64,000 bases of DNA from an uncultured Chloroflexia bacterium (GTDB taxonomy: Bacteria; Chloroflexota; Limnocylindria; Limnocylindrales; CSP1-4): positions 52,952 through 116,951 of the forward strand of contig CAWJHK010000011.1 of NCBI GenBank assembly GCA_963842695.1, in the 5' to 3' direction. Under the pieces are notes generated by a model. It saw nothing but the letters and a program-made list of their open reading frames with translations, did no database searches and was not told the DNA's origin. The position numbers and the translations under genes are program-made. Positions 1-10,427 of this stretch are shown here, in pieces. The first letter of the stretch is position 1. Each line of letters opens with the position of its first letter.

Positions 1-97
1 TCCTGTCGAGCGCCTCGTCCCAGGTCGCGGGTCGGAGCTCGCCACCCTTCGTGTCGCGCACGAGGGGCTGGGTCAGTCGCACGTAGGGCTTCGCCAC
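1..97 (-). CDS. molybdopterin-dependent oxidoreductase, N-terminal fragment (formate dehydrogenase / YdeP-like); gene runs off the left edge
   Basis: Reverse strand reads GTG-AKPYVRLTQPLVRDTKGGELRPATWDEALDR, preceded by AGGAGG 6 nt upstream. The '...RLTQPL...WDEAL' pattern matches the N-terminal region of molybdopterin oxidoreductases. Confidence 0.35.
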   Translation of the reverse strand, partial: MAKPYVRLTQPLVRDTKGGELRPATWDEALDR

Positions 98-172
98 GCG
101 GTGGCCTCCTGCGGTTGACGACCGGGGAGTGTAGCGCCGGGCTCTGGAGAGCCGACCCTCCGGGCCGTTCTG

Positions 173-2264
173 TCAGGTGGCCCGCGCCGACCGGCGGGCT
201 CGCGGAGCGGCCGCCTCCGGTCCGACCTGGACCCGGCCACGGCCGAAGGCGTCGATCCGCCCCCAGCGACCGGGGATGTCGAGCAGCTCGAGGTGGCCGA
301 TCGATGGCCGGGAGCGCCGGGTCGACGATGAGGTGGTCGCCGATCGGCTCCAGCCCGAGCATCGTGCGGAGGAGGAGCAGCGGCGCCCCGGTCGACCAGG
401 CCTGCGGACCGCACGCCGTCGGGTACTGGACGGGGTACTTGGTCAGCGCCCGGTCGTAGCCGCCGAAGGCCTCCGGCAGGCGACCGTCGAACAGCGCGGC
501 AGCGTCGAGGATGTCCGAGGCGATCCGTGCCGCCTCCTCCTTGAACCCGTACCGTCGCAGGCCCCACGCGATGAACGAGTTGTCGAACGGCCACACGGTG
601 CCGAGGTGGTAGCCGATCGGGTTGTAGCGCGCCTCGCCCACGGCGAGCGTGCGCACGCCCCAGCCCGAATACAGGCGTGGCCCCATCAGGTGCTCGACCA
701 CGGACTTGGCCTTCGCCTCGTCGACGATGCCGCTCCAGAGCAGGAGCCCATTGTTCGACGCCAGCGAATCGACCTGCGCGCCGTCGGCATCGAGCGCCAG
801 CGCGAAGTACCCGCGATCGGCGACCCAGAAGTCGCGGTTGAACCGCTTCTTGAGGTCGTGCGCCTCCTGCTCGAGCCGGTCGGCGTACGCCGGGTCGTTC
901 CAGATCGTGCGCGCGAGCCTGGCGCCACGGAGCTTCGCGTCGTAGGCGTAGCCCTGCAGCTCGCAGGTCGCCCGCGGGAAGCCGGGCAGCCGGCCGTCGC
1001 TGTAGGAGATCGAGTTCCACGAGTCCTTCCAGGACTGGTTCTCGATCCCGGTCTGCTCGTTGCGACGCTTGTAGGAGATGTAGCCGTTGCCCATCAGGTC
1101 GGCGAACTCGTCGATCCAGTTGAGCGCCGCGCGAGCCTCGTACTCCAGGTCGCGGACGAGCTTCCGGTCGCCGGTCCAGCGCTCGTACTCGTCGAGGAGG
1201 ACGACGTACAGCGGGCGTCGCGTCGACCGAGCCGTAGTACGGCGAGTGCGGCCGCTCCTCGAAGGCCGCCATCTCGCCGTAGCGCATCTCGTGAAGGATC
1301 CGGCCCGGATCCTCGTCGCGGAAATCATCGCGGCGGCTGCCCTGCCAGTCGCCGAGCACCCGCAACGTCGTGGCCGCCAGCTCCGGCGTGAACGGCAGCG
1401 TCTGGAGGCTGGTCAGGATGCTGTCGCGCCCGAACATCGTCATGAACCACGGCAGGCCGGCGGCCGGCAGGCTCTTGCCACCGGCGACCGGTGGCGAGAA
1501 CCGGAGCGCGGCGAGGTCGACCAGGCTGCGCCGGTAGGTGGCCATCAACGGGGCGAGATCGCATTCGAGGCGGGGCGCGTCCGCGATCCACCGCTCGAGG
1601 CTCTGGCCCATGTTCGGTCGCGCCCGCTTCTGGCCGCGGTCGTACTTCGGCCGGGCGTAGGTGCCGCCGCACCGGCCCGGGAGGTCACGACGTCGAGGTC
1701 CGTGGTCCAGCTGCCGTGCGGCTCGATCCGGACGGCGAACGTGAAGCCTCCCTCGTCGATGCTGGCCGGCGCCGACGACGAGATGATCGTCTCCCGCACG
1801 AACGTCTCGCGTGAGTAGCGGAGGTGCAGCCGGCCGTCATCGATCCGCGAGTCGTAGCCCCCGACCTTCTTGAGCGCGTCCTTGACCTCGAACAGGTCGG
1901 CGAAGTCGCTGGCCGCGTCGATCCGGACCGAGAGCTCGACCGGCTCGTCCTGGTGGTTGAGGATCGTCAGCTCCTCGTGGAACCCGTTGCCGACCGCGCG
2001 CTCGCGGATGACCGACAGCTTGGCGTCGATGTAGACCGTGCCTGTCCCGGGGACGAGGAAGAAGCGCGACTCGAAGTACTGGAGGTCGTCGATCGAGAGC
2101 GAGTTCAGCTTCTGCCCGTCGATCGTCAGGACCCACTTCGACAGGAAGCGGGTGTCGAACGAGAAGAGCCCGGTCGGCTCGGTCGGCGAGGCTTCGACGT
2201 CGCCGCGTTCGTCGCAGACGATGAACGTGTTCCCGTCGAGGATCCTGACCGTCTGCTGCGCCAT
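173..2264 (-). CDS. glycogen debranching enzyme / amylo-alpha-1,6-glucosidase (GDE_N + GDE_C), with at least 3 apparent frameshifts
   Basis: N-terminal part MAQQTVRILDGNTFIVCDERGD...; catalytic-domain motifs LPWFMTMFGRDSILTSLQ and HEMRYGEMAAFEERPHSPYYGSVDATP; C-terminus ...LLDIPGRWGRIDAFGR, stop TGA at 173-175. GGAGGGG RBS upstream of the ATG at 2264. Reading frame breaks near 1215 and 1550-1610. Confidence 0.75.
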
Positions 2265-2289
2265 CGTCAGCCCCTCCGCTTGCCGACGG

Positions 2290-2648
2290 TGCGAGCGGAC
2301 GCCGTCATCTTGCGTCCCGTGGGTGCCGGGAACAGCCGCTGGAACCGGATCAGGAGACGCCGGATCGCCTTCGATCACGACCTTGCCGCGCAGGATCGAC
2401 GCCATGGCGTTGGCCCGGCCGCTGACCAGGTCGTCGAAGAGGCCCGGCGTCCGTCCGGACGACGCAGTCGGCCGTCGCCGCCCGCGTGCGAGACCGTGAC
2501 GTCGCCACGGCGAACGTCGACCCGCCACTGCTCGCGCTCGCTCGTCGTCGTCGAGGTCGAACCGGATGCTGCCGGTCGCCCGCGCCAGTCTCGGCTCCCG
2601 GCCACGCTCGGCCAGCGCCTCGAAGAAGTCGGACGTCGGATCAACCAT
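2290..2648 (-). CDS. SCP2 (sterol-carrier-like) domain protein, frameshifted
   Basis: Segments DFFEALAERGREPRLARATGSIRFDL, WRVDVRRGDVTVSHAGGDG and LVSGRANAMASILRGKVVIEGD lie in different frames. Together they are typical of small actinobacterial SCP2 proteins. Confidence 0.4.
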
Positions 2649-2866
2649 GGTGTCTCCCCCACATTCCTGTCGGCCGGCCCTCGTGCCGGCGCGGCCTCAG
2701 CGGTATTCGTCTCGCGCCTTCGGGTCGGCGCGAAGAAGACCCGGAACAGGACGACGAAGCTGACGATCAGCGTGATGCGCGAAGGCGATCATCGCGATGT
2801 AGGCGACGCCCTGGAACTGCTCGAGCTCGGGCTGGAGCAGGACCGCCATCACGATCGCGGTCCCGA

Positions 2867-4480
2867 TCAGCTGGCCGACGACGATGATCCCGACCGTCGC
2901 CTGGCGGCCGATGTCGCTGACACGCTCGAGATCGACGTCTCGAGCCCCTTCGTGTCGACCTCGACCACGAACTTGCCCTTGTTGAACTGGTCGATCCAGC
3001 TGAGAGTGCCGCGCCCTCGAGCGACGGCACCTTGCGGGCGAGCTCCTTGCCGATCCGGACGGCGCTCGCCTGGAGCTGCTTCTGGATCTTCTCCGGGCGT
3101 GAACGAGTCGAGCAGCGCCGCCCGCGCCTCGGTCACGGCCGCCTCGCCGAGGTCGATGTCGAACGACAGGGCGCGCGCCGTCTCCTCGGCCTGGATGACG
3201 GCCTTGATCGCCAGCGTCAGCTGGCTGTCGAGCTGGAGCGCCGTTGTCGAAGACGGCCGACAGGAACGCCCCGAGCGCGTCGCCGAGCGACGTCGCCTTG
3301 CCGTAGATGAGGTACTGGCGGGCGAGCCGGTCGATGTCGTCGCGGTAGCGCGGCCTCGTCGAACCCGCGGGTCGTCTTGCCGAGCGCGAGCAGCCCGTCG
3401 CCGATGCCCGGGATGTCGACCTCCTTGATCGAGTAGATCAGCCCGAGCAGGTCGACCCGCTGCTGGGCGTCGAGCTGCCCGACGAGCCCGAGGTCGAGGA
3501 AGATGATCTGCTTCGAGATCGGGTCGGCCAGGATGTTGCCCGGGTGCGGGTCGCCGTGGAAGAAGCCGTCGACGAGGACCTGCTTGATGATCGAGCGGAT
3601 GAACACGGTCCCGAGCTCGGTCGTGTCGAAGCCGGCCTCGCGCAGCTCGTCCGCCTTCGAGATCTTGATGCCCTTGACGAACTCCATCGTGATGACGCGC
3701 TGGCCCGACAGCTCGTCGTAGACCGAGCGGGACGTGGATCTCCGGGAAGCGCTGCATGCCGTCCGCCAGGCGGCGCGCGTGGTAGGCCTCGTTGCGGTAG
3801 TCGAGCTCCTTGAGGACGCCCTGCCGCGAACTCCGCGACGATCGCCCGGAGGTTGACCTTGCGGGCGACGGCGAAGCCGCCGCTCGGCGACCTTGGCGAG
3901 CTCCTGGATGACGCCCGAGGTCGGCCTGGGTCTTGGCCAGGATCCGCGGTCGCTGGACCTTGACCGCGACCAGCGTCCCGTCGTGGAGGCGTCGCCTGGT
4001 GGACCTGCGCGGTCGACGCCGCGGCGAACGGGACCGGGTCGAACGTCTCGTACAGCGCCTCGGGCGGCGCGCCGAGCTCCTTGGTGACGATCGCGACGAC
4101 GTCCTCGTAGGCGAACGGCGCCGCCTCGCTCTGGAGCTTCGACAGCTCCGCGATCCACTCGGGCGGCAGGATGTCGCCCCGGCTCGCCATCATCTGGCCG
4201 ATCTTCACGTAGGTCGGCCCGAGCTGCTGGAGCATCGCCACGATCCGCTCCGGCCCGGTGGCGTCGCCGTCAGCTCGTCCGTCGTCGCCGAGGACGCGCC
4301 GCGCGAACCAGCGGCGGACGTCGCCGATCGGCGTGTCGGCTCGAGGGCGATGTCGAGGCTCGTCGTGTAGATCAGGTTGTAGACCTGCTGGAGGCGCAGG
4401 TTCTCGATGATGACGTTGCGTCGCGGCGTCGGCAGCGATTCGAGGAAGCCCCAGATGCCGCGGCTCCGGTCGGCGCTGAG
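2867..4480 (-). CDS. ABC1/UbiB-family atypical protein kinase, with at least 3 apparent frameshifts
   Basis: Segments across three frames: LGPTYVKIGQMMASRGDILPPEWIAELSKLQSEAAPF, VITMEFVKGIKISKADELREAGFD..., FHGDPHPGNILADPISKQIIFLDLG and C-terminal ...NKGKFVVEVDTKGLE. Stop at 2867. Confidence 0.7.
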
Positions 4481-4489
4481 GTCCGGCCG

Positions 4490-4901
4490 GTTGAGGCCGA
4501 GGACGGCGTCGATGACCGTCGACAGGACCGTGTAGAGGGCCGCCGCGACGATGACCCAGAGGAGCGTCGGCTGCGGCGACGTCGGCGATCTTGATCGGCG
4601 CGATGAACGAGGTGATGTAGATCGCGATCGCGTTGATGATCACGACGAAGAAGCCCATCGTCGAGAACAGGAGGCGGCCGGTGAGCGCGACGAGGACCGG
4701 CCGCGCGAACCGGTTGACGAGCACCAGGACGGCGGCCCACGACGACGAAGCCGACGATGCCGGCGCCGCGGAGGGCGATGATCGGCGCCGAGTTCGGCGC
4801 CGAACGGGAACGGCTGCTCGACGCGTGATGAGTCCGAGCACCAGGACGATGACGAGGAGGATGAGCGCGTCGAGCACCACCTCGACGATGAAACGGCGCA
4901 T
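4490..4901 (-). CDS. DUF360 / 4-TM membrane protein (phage-holin-4 superfamily-like), frameshifted; possibly continuous with the downstream kinase
   Basis: MRRFIVEVVLDALILLVIVLVLGLI..., PVLVALTGRLLFSTMGFFVVIINAIAIYITSFIAPIKI and LWVIVAAALYTVLSTVIDAVLG. No stop was seen before the kinase N-terminal segment in the stitched frame. Confidence 0.4.
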
Positions 4902-5007
4902 CGCGACCCTCCTCGAGCGATCCGGCCCGATGACGCGGCCATCGGCGGCACTCGGTCATTGTCCGGTCATCGCGCCGGCACGGCGCGCGACGGCTGCCGG
5001 ACGGCCG

Positions 5008-6081
5008 TCAGGCGCAGGGCGACGCCTCGGCAGGCGATGCCGGCCGGCGTCGACGACCTCGCCGATCCACCAGTGCTCGACGCCGGCCGCATCGAACGCG
5101 GCCTCGACCGCGGCGACGCTGCTCCGGCGGGACCGCGGCGAGCAGGCCGCCCGAGGTCTGCGGGTCGTGGGCGAGGGTGACGAGCTCCGGCGGCACGCCG
5201 GCGCCGACGTCGAGCGAGTCCGCGACGAAGCGGCGGTTGTGGGCCGCGCCGCCGGTCTCGACGCCGGCCGCGGCGAGCTCGAGCGCGCCGGGCAGCGCCG
5301 GCAGGGCGGCCGCCTCGAACGCGAAGCGCGTGCCCGACGCGCGGGCCATCTCGAGGCCGTGGCCGAGCAGGCCGAAGCCGGTGACGTCGGTCGCGGTCCG
5401 GATGCCGGCCGCGACCAGGGCGTCCGCGGCGGCCCGGTTCAGGCGGCGCATCCCGTCGATGGCGGTGGCCAGGTCGGCCTCGCTCGTCCGGCCCTGGCGG
5501 TGACCCGACACGAGGAGCCCGGTGCCGAGCGGCTTCGTCAGGACGAGCCGGTCGCCCGGTCGGGCGCCGCCCTTGCGCAGCAGCTGGTCGGGATGTGCGG
5601 CGCCGATGACCGCCAGCCCGTACTTCGGCTCCGGGTCGCGGATCGTGTGGCCGCCGGCCAGCGTGCCGCCGGCCTCGCGGACCTTCGCCGAGGCGCCCGC
5701 GAAGATCTCCGCCAGCACGTCGCGCGGCAGCTCCTCGGGGAAGGCCGCGATCGACAGGGCGAACAGGACCCGGCCGCCCATCGCGAACACGTCGGACAGC
5801 GCGTTCGCGGCGGCGATCTCGCCGAACGTCCGCGGGTCGTCGACGAGCGGCGGGAAGAAGTCGAGCGTGCCGATGATCGCGAGGTCGTCGCTGACCCGGT
5901 AGGCGGCCGCGTCGTCGGGCGGGTTGAGGCCCGGCGATCAGGTCGTCGGGCGCGGCCGCGGCGTCTCGGCGCCCAGACCGGCCAGCGCCTCGGCCAGCAG
6001 GTCGGCGCCGAGCTTCGCGGCGCAGCCGCCGCAGTCGGTCAGCTCGGTCAGGCGGAACGGCGGCGGTTCGAGCGCGGTCAT
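5008..6081 (-). CDS. selD: selenide, water dikinase (selenophosphate synthetase); Cys version, frameshift near the C-terminus
   Basis: MTALEPPPFRLTELTDCGGCAAKLGADLL (both Cys codons are TGC); ...RLVLTKPLGTGLL..., TDVTGFGLLGHGLEMA and AHDPQTSGGLL. C-terminal AFDAAGVEHWWIGEVVDAG lies in another frame. Confidence 0.8.
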
Positions 6082-6144
6082 GACTCGATGATAGGCGCAT
6101 CGCCGCGACCGCGACGCGCGACCGTCCCGCGCTACCATCGCGGC

Positions 6145-6241
6145 GGGAGCGGACGGGTCCCGGTGGGTCCCCTGGTCTTCAACACCAGTGGCGCGGCGCT
6201 CGGCGCGGCGCGGTGGGTTCGACTCCCACGCGTTCCCGCCA
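6145..6241 (+). tRNA. selC: tRNA-Sec (selC), anticodon UCA, 97 nt, 8/5 cloverleaf
   Basis: Acceptor GGGAGCGG pairs with GCGUUCCC (7 bp + 1 mismatch), then discriminator G and CCA. D-arm GGGUCC-CGGU-GGGUCC (6 bp, 4-nt loop). Anticodon arm CUGGU-CUUCAAC-ACCAG gives anticodon UCA. Long GC-rich variable arm. T-arm GUGGG-UUCGACU-CCCAC. Sits between divergent selD and selA. Confidence 0.8.
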
Positions 6242-6252
6242 CGGAGGCGTCA

Positions 6253-7650
6253 TGTCGTGCCGGATCGCCCGCGTCCCCCGAGCGTCGAGCGGCTGCTCGC
6301 CGCCGTCCGGCCGCAGCTGCGCCGGCGCGGTCCGACGCGGACGCGGTCACCGAGGCGGCCCGGGCCGTGGTCGCGACGAACGGGCCCGGCTCGCGGCCGG
6401 CGAGGCGCCCGACCGACGTCGACCAGGCTCGCCGACGACGTCCGGACCCGGCTCGGCGCGTTCGCCGGATCCGCCGGACAGGGCTGACTCCGCGTCATCA
6501 ACGCGACCGGGCGTCGATCCTCCACACGAACCTCGGCCGCGCGCCATGGCCGGCGCCGCGATCGAGGCGGCCGCCGCGCGCGGCAGCCGGCTACTCGCTG
6601 CTCGAGCTCGACCGCGAGACCGGCCGCCGCGGGCCGCGCTTCCGCGCCGCCGAGGAGCACCTCATCGCCCTGACCGGCGCCGAGGACGCGCTGGTCACCA
6701 TCAACAACGCCGCAGCCCTCGCGCTGGCCGTCGGGCTCGCCGGCCGCCGCGGCGTCGCCGTCTCGCGCGGCGAGCTCGTCGAGATCGGCGGCGGCGTCCG
6801 GATCCCGGAGATCGTCCGGCGGGCCGGGGCGCGGCTGGTCGAGGTCGGGACGACGAACCGGACGCGCGCCGCGGACTTCGAGGCGCCGCTGGCCGACGGC
6901 CGGGCGAGCCGTCGTCCTGCGCGTCCACCCGTCGAACTTCGCCCAGACCGGCTTCGTCGAGGCGCCGGACCCGACCGAGCTCGCCCGGCTCGCCCACGCG
7001 CACGGCGCGATCGTCGTCGACGACCTCGGGAGCGGCGCGCTGCTCGACACGGCGGCTTCGGGCTCGCCCACGAGCCGATGCCGGCCGAGCGGCTGGCCGC
7101 CGGCGCCGACCTCGTCACGTTCAGCGGCGACAAGCTCGTCGGCGGGCCCCAGGCGGGACTGGTCGTCGGCCGGGCGGACCTCATCGCGCCGGATCCGGCG
7201 GGACCCGCTGGCCCGGGCGATGCGGCCGGACAAGGTCGACGCTCGCGGCGCTCGCCGCGACGCTCGGGCTGTACCGGGCCGGCCTGGCGACGACCGAGAT
7301 CCCCGTCTGGCGGATGATCGCGAGGCCAGCCGCGGACGCTGCGGGCCCGCGCCGAGCGACGTCCTGGCGGCGGTCTCGCAGGCCGAACCGCGACGCGGGT
7401 CGAGGTCGGCGATCTGACGTCGACGGTCGGCGGCGGGTCGCTGCCCGGCGAGACGCTCCCATCGGTCGGGCTGCTCGTCGGCGGCGCGGGGCGGCGGCAC
7501 TGGCGGCCCGGCTGCGCGCCGGCGACCCGGCCGTCATCGGCCGGATCGAGGACGGAGCCGTCGTGCTCGACCTCCGGACGGTCGACCGGACGTCCGACGG
7601 CGACCTCGGCGCGAGCGCTCGACGGCGCGCTTGGCGGAGCGCGCTCCGGA
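6253..7650 (+). CDS. selA: L-seryl-tRNA(Sec) selenium transferase, multiple frameshifts
   Basis: N-terminal [15 protein letters not shown]. Core [27 protein letters not shown]...[25 protein letters not shown]...[19 protein letters not shown] site [25 protein letters not shown]-terminal [11 protein letters not shown]...IPVWRMIA...[17 protein letters not shown]. Confidence 0.8.
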
Positions 7651-9490
7651 TGACCGTCGTCGTCGGCACGGCCGGCCACATCGACCACGGCAAGACGACG
7701 CTGCTGCGGGCGCTGACCGGGATCGACGCGGACCGCCTGCCCGAGGAGCGCCGGCGCGGGCATGACGATCGACGTCGGCTACGCCCACCTGGCCTTCGCC
7801 GACGGCACCGAGCTCGACTTCGTCGACGTCCCCGGCCACGACCGGCTCGTCGGCAACATGCTCGTCGGCGCGGGCGAGATCGATGCGGCGATGCTCGTCG
7901 TGGCCGCCGACGACGGGCCGCGCGCCCAGACGCTCGAGCACCTCGCGCTGCTCGACGCGCTCGGGATCCGGCACGGGCTGGCGGTCGTCACGAAGGCGGA
8001 CGTCGCCGGCCCGGACCGGACGACGGAGGTCGTGGCGGCGACGTCGGCGGCTGCTCGACAGGGACGTCGCTCGCCGGCTCGCCGATCGTCGCGGTGTCGG
8101 CCGGTCGACGGTGGCGGGATCGACGCGGTGCGGGCGGCGCTCGACGGTTCCGCGATCGGGTCGCTCGCCGACGCGCCCGCCGGCGATGCGTCGCGGCCGT
8201 CGCGCCTGGCGATCGACCGGGTCTTCGCGGTCAAGGGCCGTGGGGTCGTCGTGACCGGCACGCTGCGCGGCGGGTCCGTGAGCAAGCGGCGCGACGCTCC
8301 GGCTCGTGCCGGGCGACCGGTCCGTCCGCGTCCGCGAGGTCCAGGTCCACGGCCGGACGGTCGAGTCCGCCGGTCCGCGGCCGGACCGCGCTGAACCTCG
8401 CCGGGGTCGAGCCGGCCGAGCTCCACCGCGGGCTCGTCCTGACCGACGACCCGGCGGTCGTGGCGAGCGACCGGCTGCTCGTCCGCGCTCCGAAGCCGCC
8501 TCCCGGACCGGACGCGGGCGCGGCTCCATCTCGGGACGGCCGCGGTCGATGCCGCGGTCGGCCGGAGCGGGCGCGACGCGCTCGACCTGCCCGACGGGTC
8601 ACTCGGGCGGCGATCCTCCGTCTCGCCGCGCCGGTCGCGGTCGCGATCGGCGACCGGCTCGTCCTCCGGCGGCCGGCGTCGCGCGATCCGATCGTCGGCG
8701 CGGTCGTGCTCGATCCGATGCCGGCGCGCGGCATCTCGCGGCGTCGCCAGACGGCCGAGCGCGTCGGGCCGGCTCGCCGCCGCGGTATCGGCGCACGACG
8801 AAGCCGGCATCGAGGCCGCGCGGCTCGACCTCCACGGAGCAGCTCGTGACGGCCGGACACGAGGCGCGCCTCGCGCCGGACGTCGCCGAGGCCGCAGCCG
8901 CCAGCGTGCTCGGTGCGGTGGCGACCGAGCCGACGCTGGCGGCCGCCCGGACCGCCGGAGCGCGTGCCATCCGGCGGCTCGCGACGGTCGACCGCAGCGT
9001 CGCCGCCGGAGGCGGCCGCGAGGGTCGATCGACGACCTCGTCCGGGATCGGCGCCTCGAGCGTGATGGTGCCGGTCTCGGCATCCCGGGCACGATCGCGA
9101 CGTCGCCCGCGCCCGACGCGGCGGTCGACGGCGCGATGGACCGGCTCGAGGCTGCGCTGGCGACCGCGGCCCGCCCGAGCCTCGCCGACGCCGCCCGCGT
9201 CGGCCGGTTGCCCGCCGGACGGCGTCCGCGAGCTCGAGCGACGCGGCCGGATCGTCGTGCTCGAGCCCGACCTCGCCTACGCCGTCTCGACCTACCGGGA
9301 GATCGAAGCGACGGCGCTGTCGATGGCCACCGCGGGGCCGCTGACGCCGGCCGCGCTGCGCGACGCGACCGGCACGAGCCGCAAGTACGTCATGGCCATC
9401 CTCGCCGACCTCGACCGCCGGGCGTCCTCCGCCGGACTCCGGACGGACACGTGCCCGGACCTCGCGCGAACGCGTCGGGTCCGCGACACG
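7650..9490 (+). CDS. selB: selenocysteine-specific elongation factor, multiple frameshifts
   Basis: [37 protein letters not shown]|[30 protein letters not shown]... A G insertion in a GGG run breaks the frame at about 7758. C-terminal winged-helix [27 protein letters not shown]. Confidence 0.8.
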
Positions 9491-10077
9491 ATGAGGGACG
9501 GGCGTCCGCTGAGCGCCGTGATCCTCGCCGGCGGACGGTCGTCCCGCTTCGGTCGCGACAAGCTGGCCGAGCCGATCGAGGGGCGATCGCTGCTCGATCG
9601 CGCAGTCGACGCCGTCGCGCCGCTCGCCACCGAGGTCCTCGTCGTCTCCGCACCAGGGGCCGAGCTCACGACCCACCTGGGCGCGCGGATCATCCACGAC
9701 CCGGAGCCTTCGAAGGCCCGCTGGCGGGAACGCTGGCCGGGCTCGCGGCCGCGACCGGTGACGCCGTCCTCGTCGTCGGCGGCGACATGCCGACGCTCGT
9801 CCCGGATGTGCTCGAGTCGATGGCGAGCGAGCTCGACGACCCGGCGATCGAGGCGTGCGTCCTCGACCACGACGGTCGCGCGAGGCCGTTGCCGATGGTC
9901 GTCCGCCGAGCCCCGGCGATCGCCGCTGCGCGGACGCTGCTCGATCGGCGTGAGCGTCGCCTGCGCGCATTGATCGATGCGCTCGAGACGCGATCGATCC
10001 CCGAAGCGACCTGGCGCCGCCTCGATCCCGACGGCGAGACGCTCCGCGACATCGACACGCCGGCAGACCTCGGCTGA
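9491..10077 (+). CDS. MobA/MocA-like molybdenum-cofactor nucleotidyltransferase, one frameshift near 9715
   Basis: MRDGRPLSAVILAGGRSSRFGRDKLAEPIEGRSLLDRAVDAV...GPLAGTLAGLAAATGDAVLVVGGDMPTLVPDVLESM. Follows selB with no intervening stop in the stitched frame. Confidence 0.65.
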
Positions 10078-10102
10078 TCGCGCGGGCCTGCGCGGCGGGC
10101 GC

Positions 10103-10140
10103 CACACGAAACCCCGCGGACAGACGAAAACCCCTGCTGG
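10103..10140 (-). terminator. intrinsic terminator: GC hairpin CCCCTGC-TTCCTCCA-GCAGGGG followed by TTTTC on the minus strand
   Basis: Perfect 7-bp stem with a U-rich tail immediately downstream of the 10194..10400 minus gene. The hairpin is also read after mobA on the plus strand, but without a U tail. Confidence 0.55.
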
Positions 10141-10193
10141 AGGAAGCAGGGGCTCTCGCGTATTGGGAGGGAAGAGCGGTGGCTGAGGAGGAG

Positions 10194-10400
10194 TCAGCCC
10201 CCGTACGGGTAGTTCTTGAGGTTCGGAAGCGTGGGTCCGCTGGGCTCGAGACCGAGGGTCCGACGAACCTCGGCGGCACCCGATCCGATACGCGACCGAA
10301 GGCTGCGGCGCTCGGCCAACGAGGCCAATCGACGATCCTTGGCCTCGGACCGCATGTGCTCCAGGTGGTCGTTGACGTAGATGACGGCGACGGCGTTCAC
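10194..10400 (-). CDS. small hypothetical protein (68 aa), possible ribbon-helix-helix DNA-binding fold
   Basis: GTG start with AAGGAG 6 nt upstream; intrinsic terminator downstream. Sequence MNAVAVIYVNDHLEHMRSEAKDRRLASLAERRSLRSRIG... shows a beta-strand plus two helices pattern. Confidence 0.5.
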   Translation of the reverse strand: MNAVAVIYVNDHLEHMRSEAKDRRLASLAERRSLRSRIGSGAAEVRRTLGLEPSGPTLPNLKNYPYGG

Positions 10401-10427
10401 TGGTCTCTCCTTTCCGCTCCCTCGGAC

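Noticed and set aside
5990-6060. Possible selenocysteine codon in selD (Sec-containing SelD variants exist)
   Set aside because: Both Cys codons in ...TDCGGCAAK... are TGC, not TGA.
4633-8849. Very long plus-strand ORFs (894 aa and 878 aa) spanning selD, selA and selB
   Set aside because: Mostly Arg/Pro/Ala-rich junk translation typical of open frames in 70% GC DNA. Only short stretches coincide with the real selA/selB frames.
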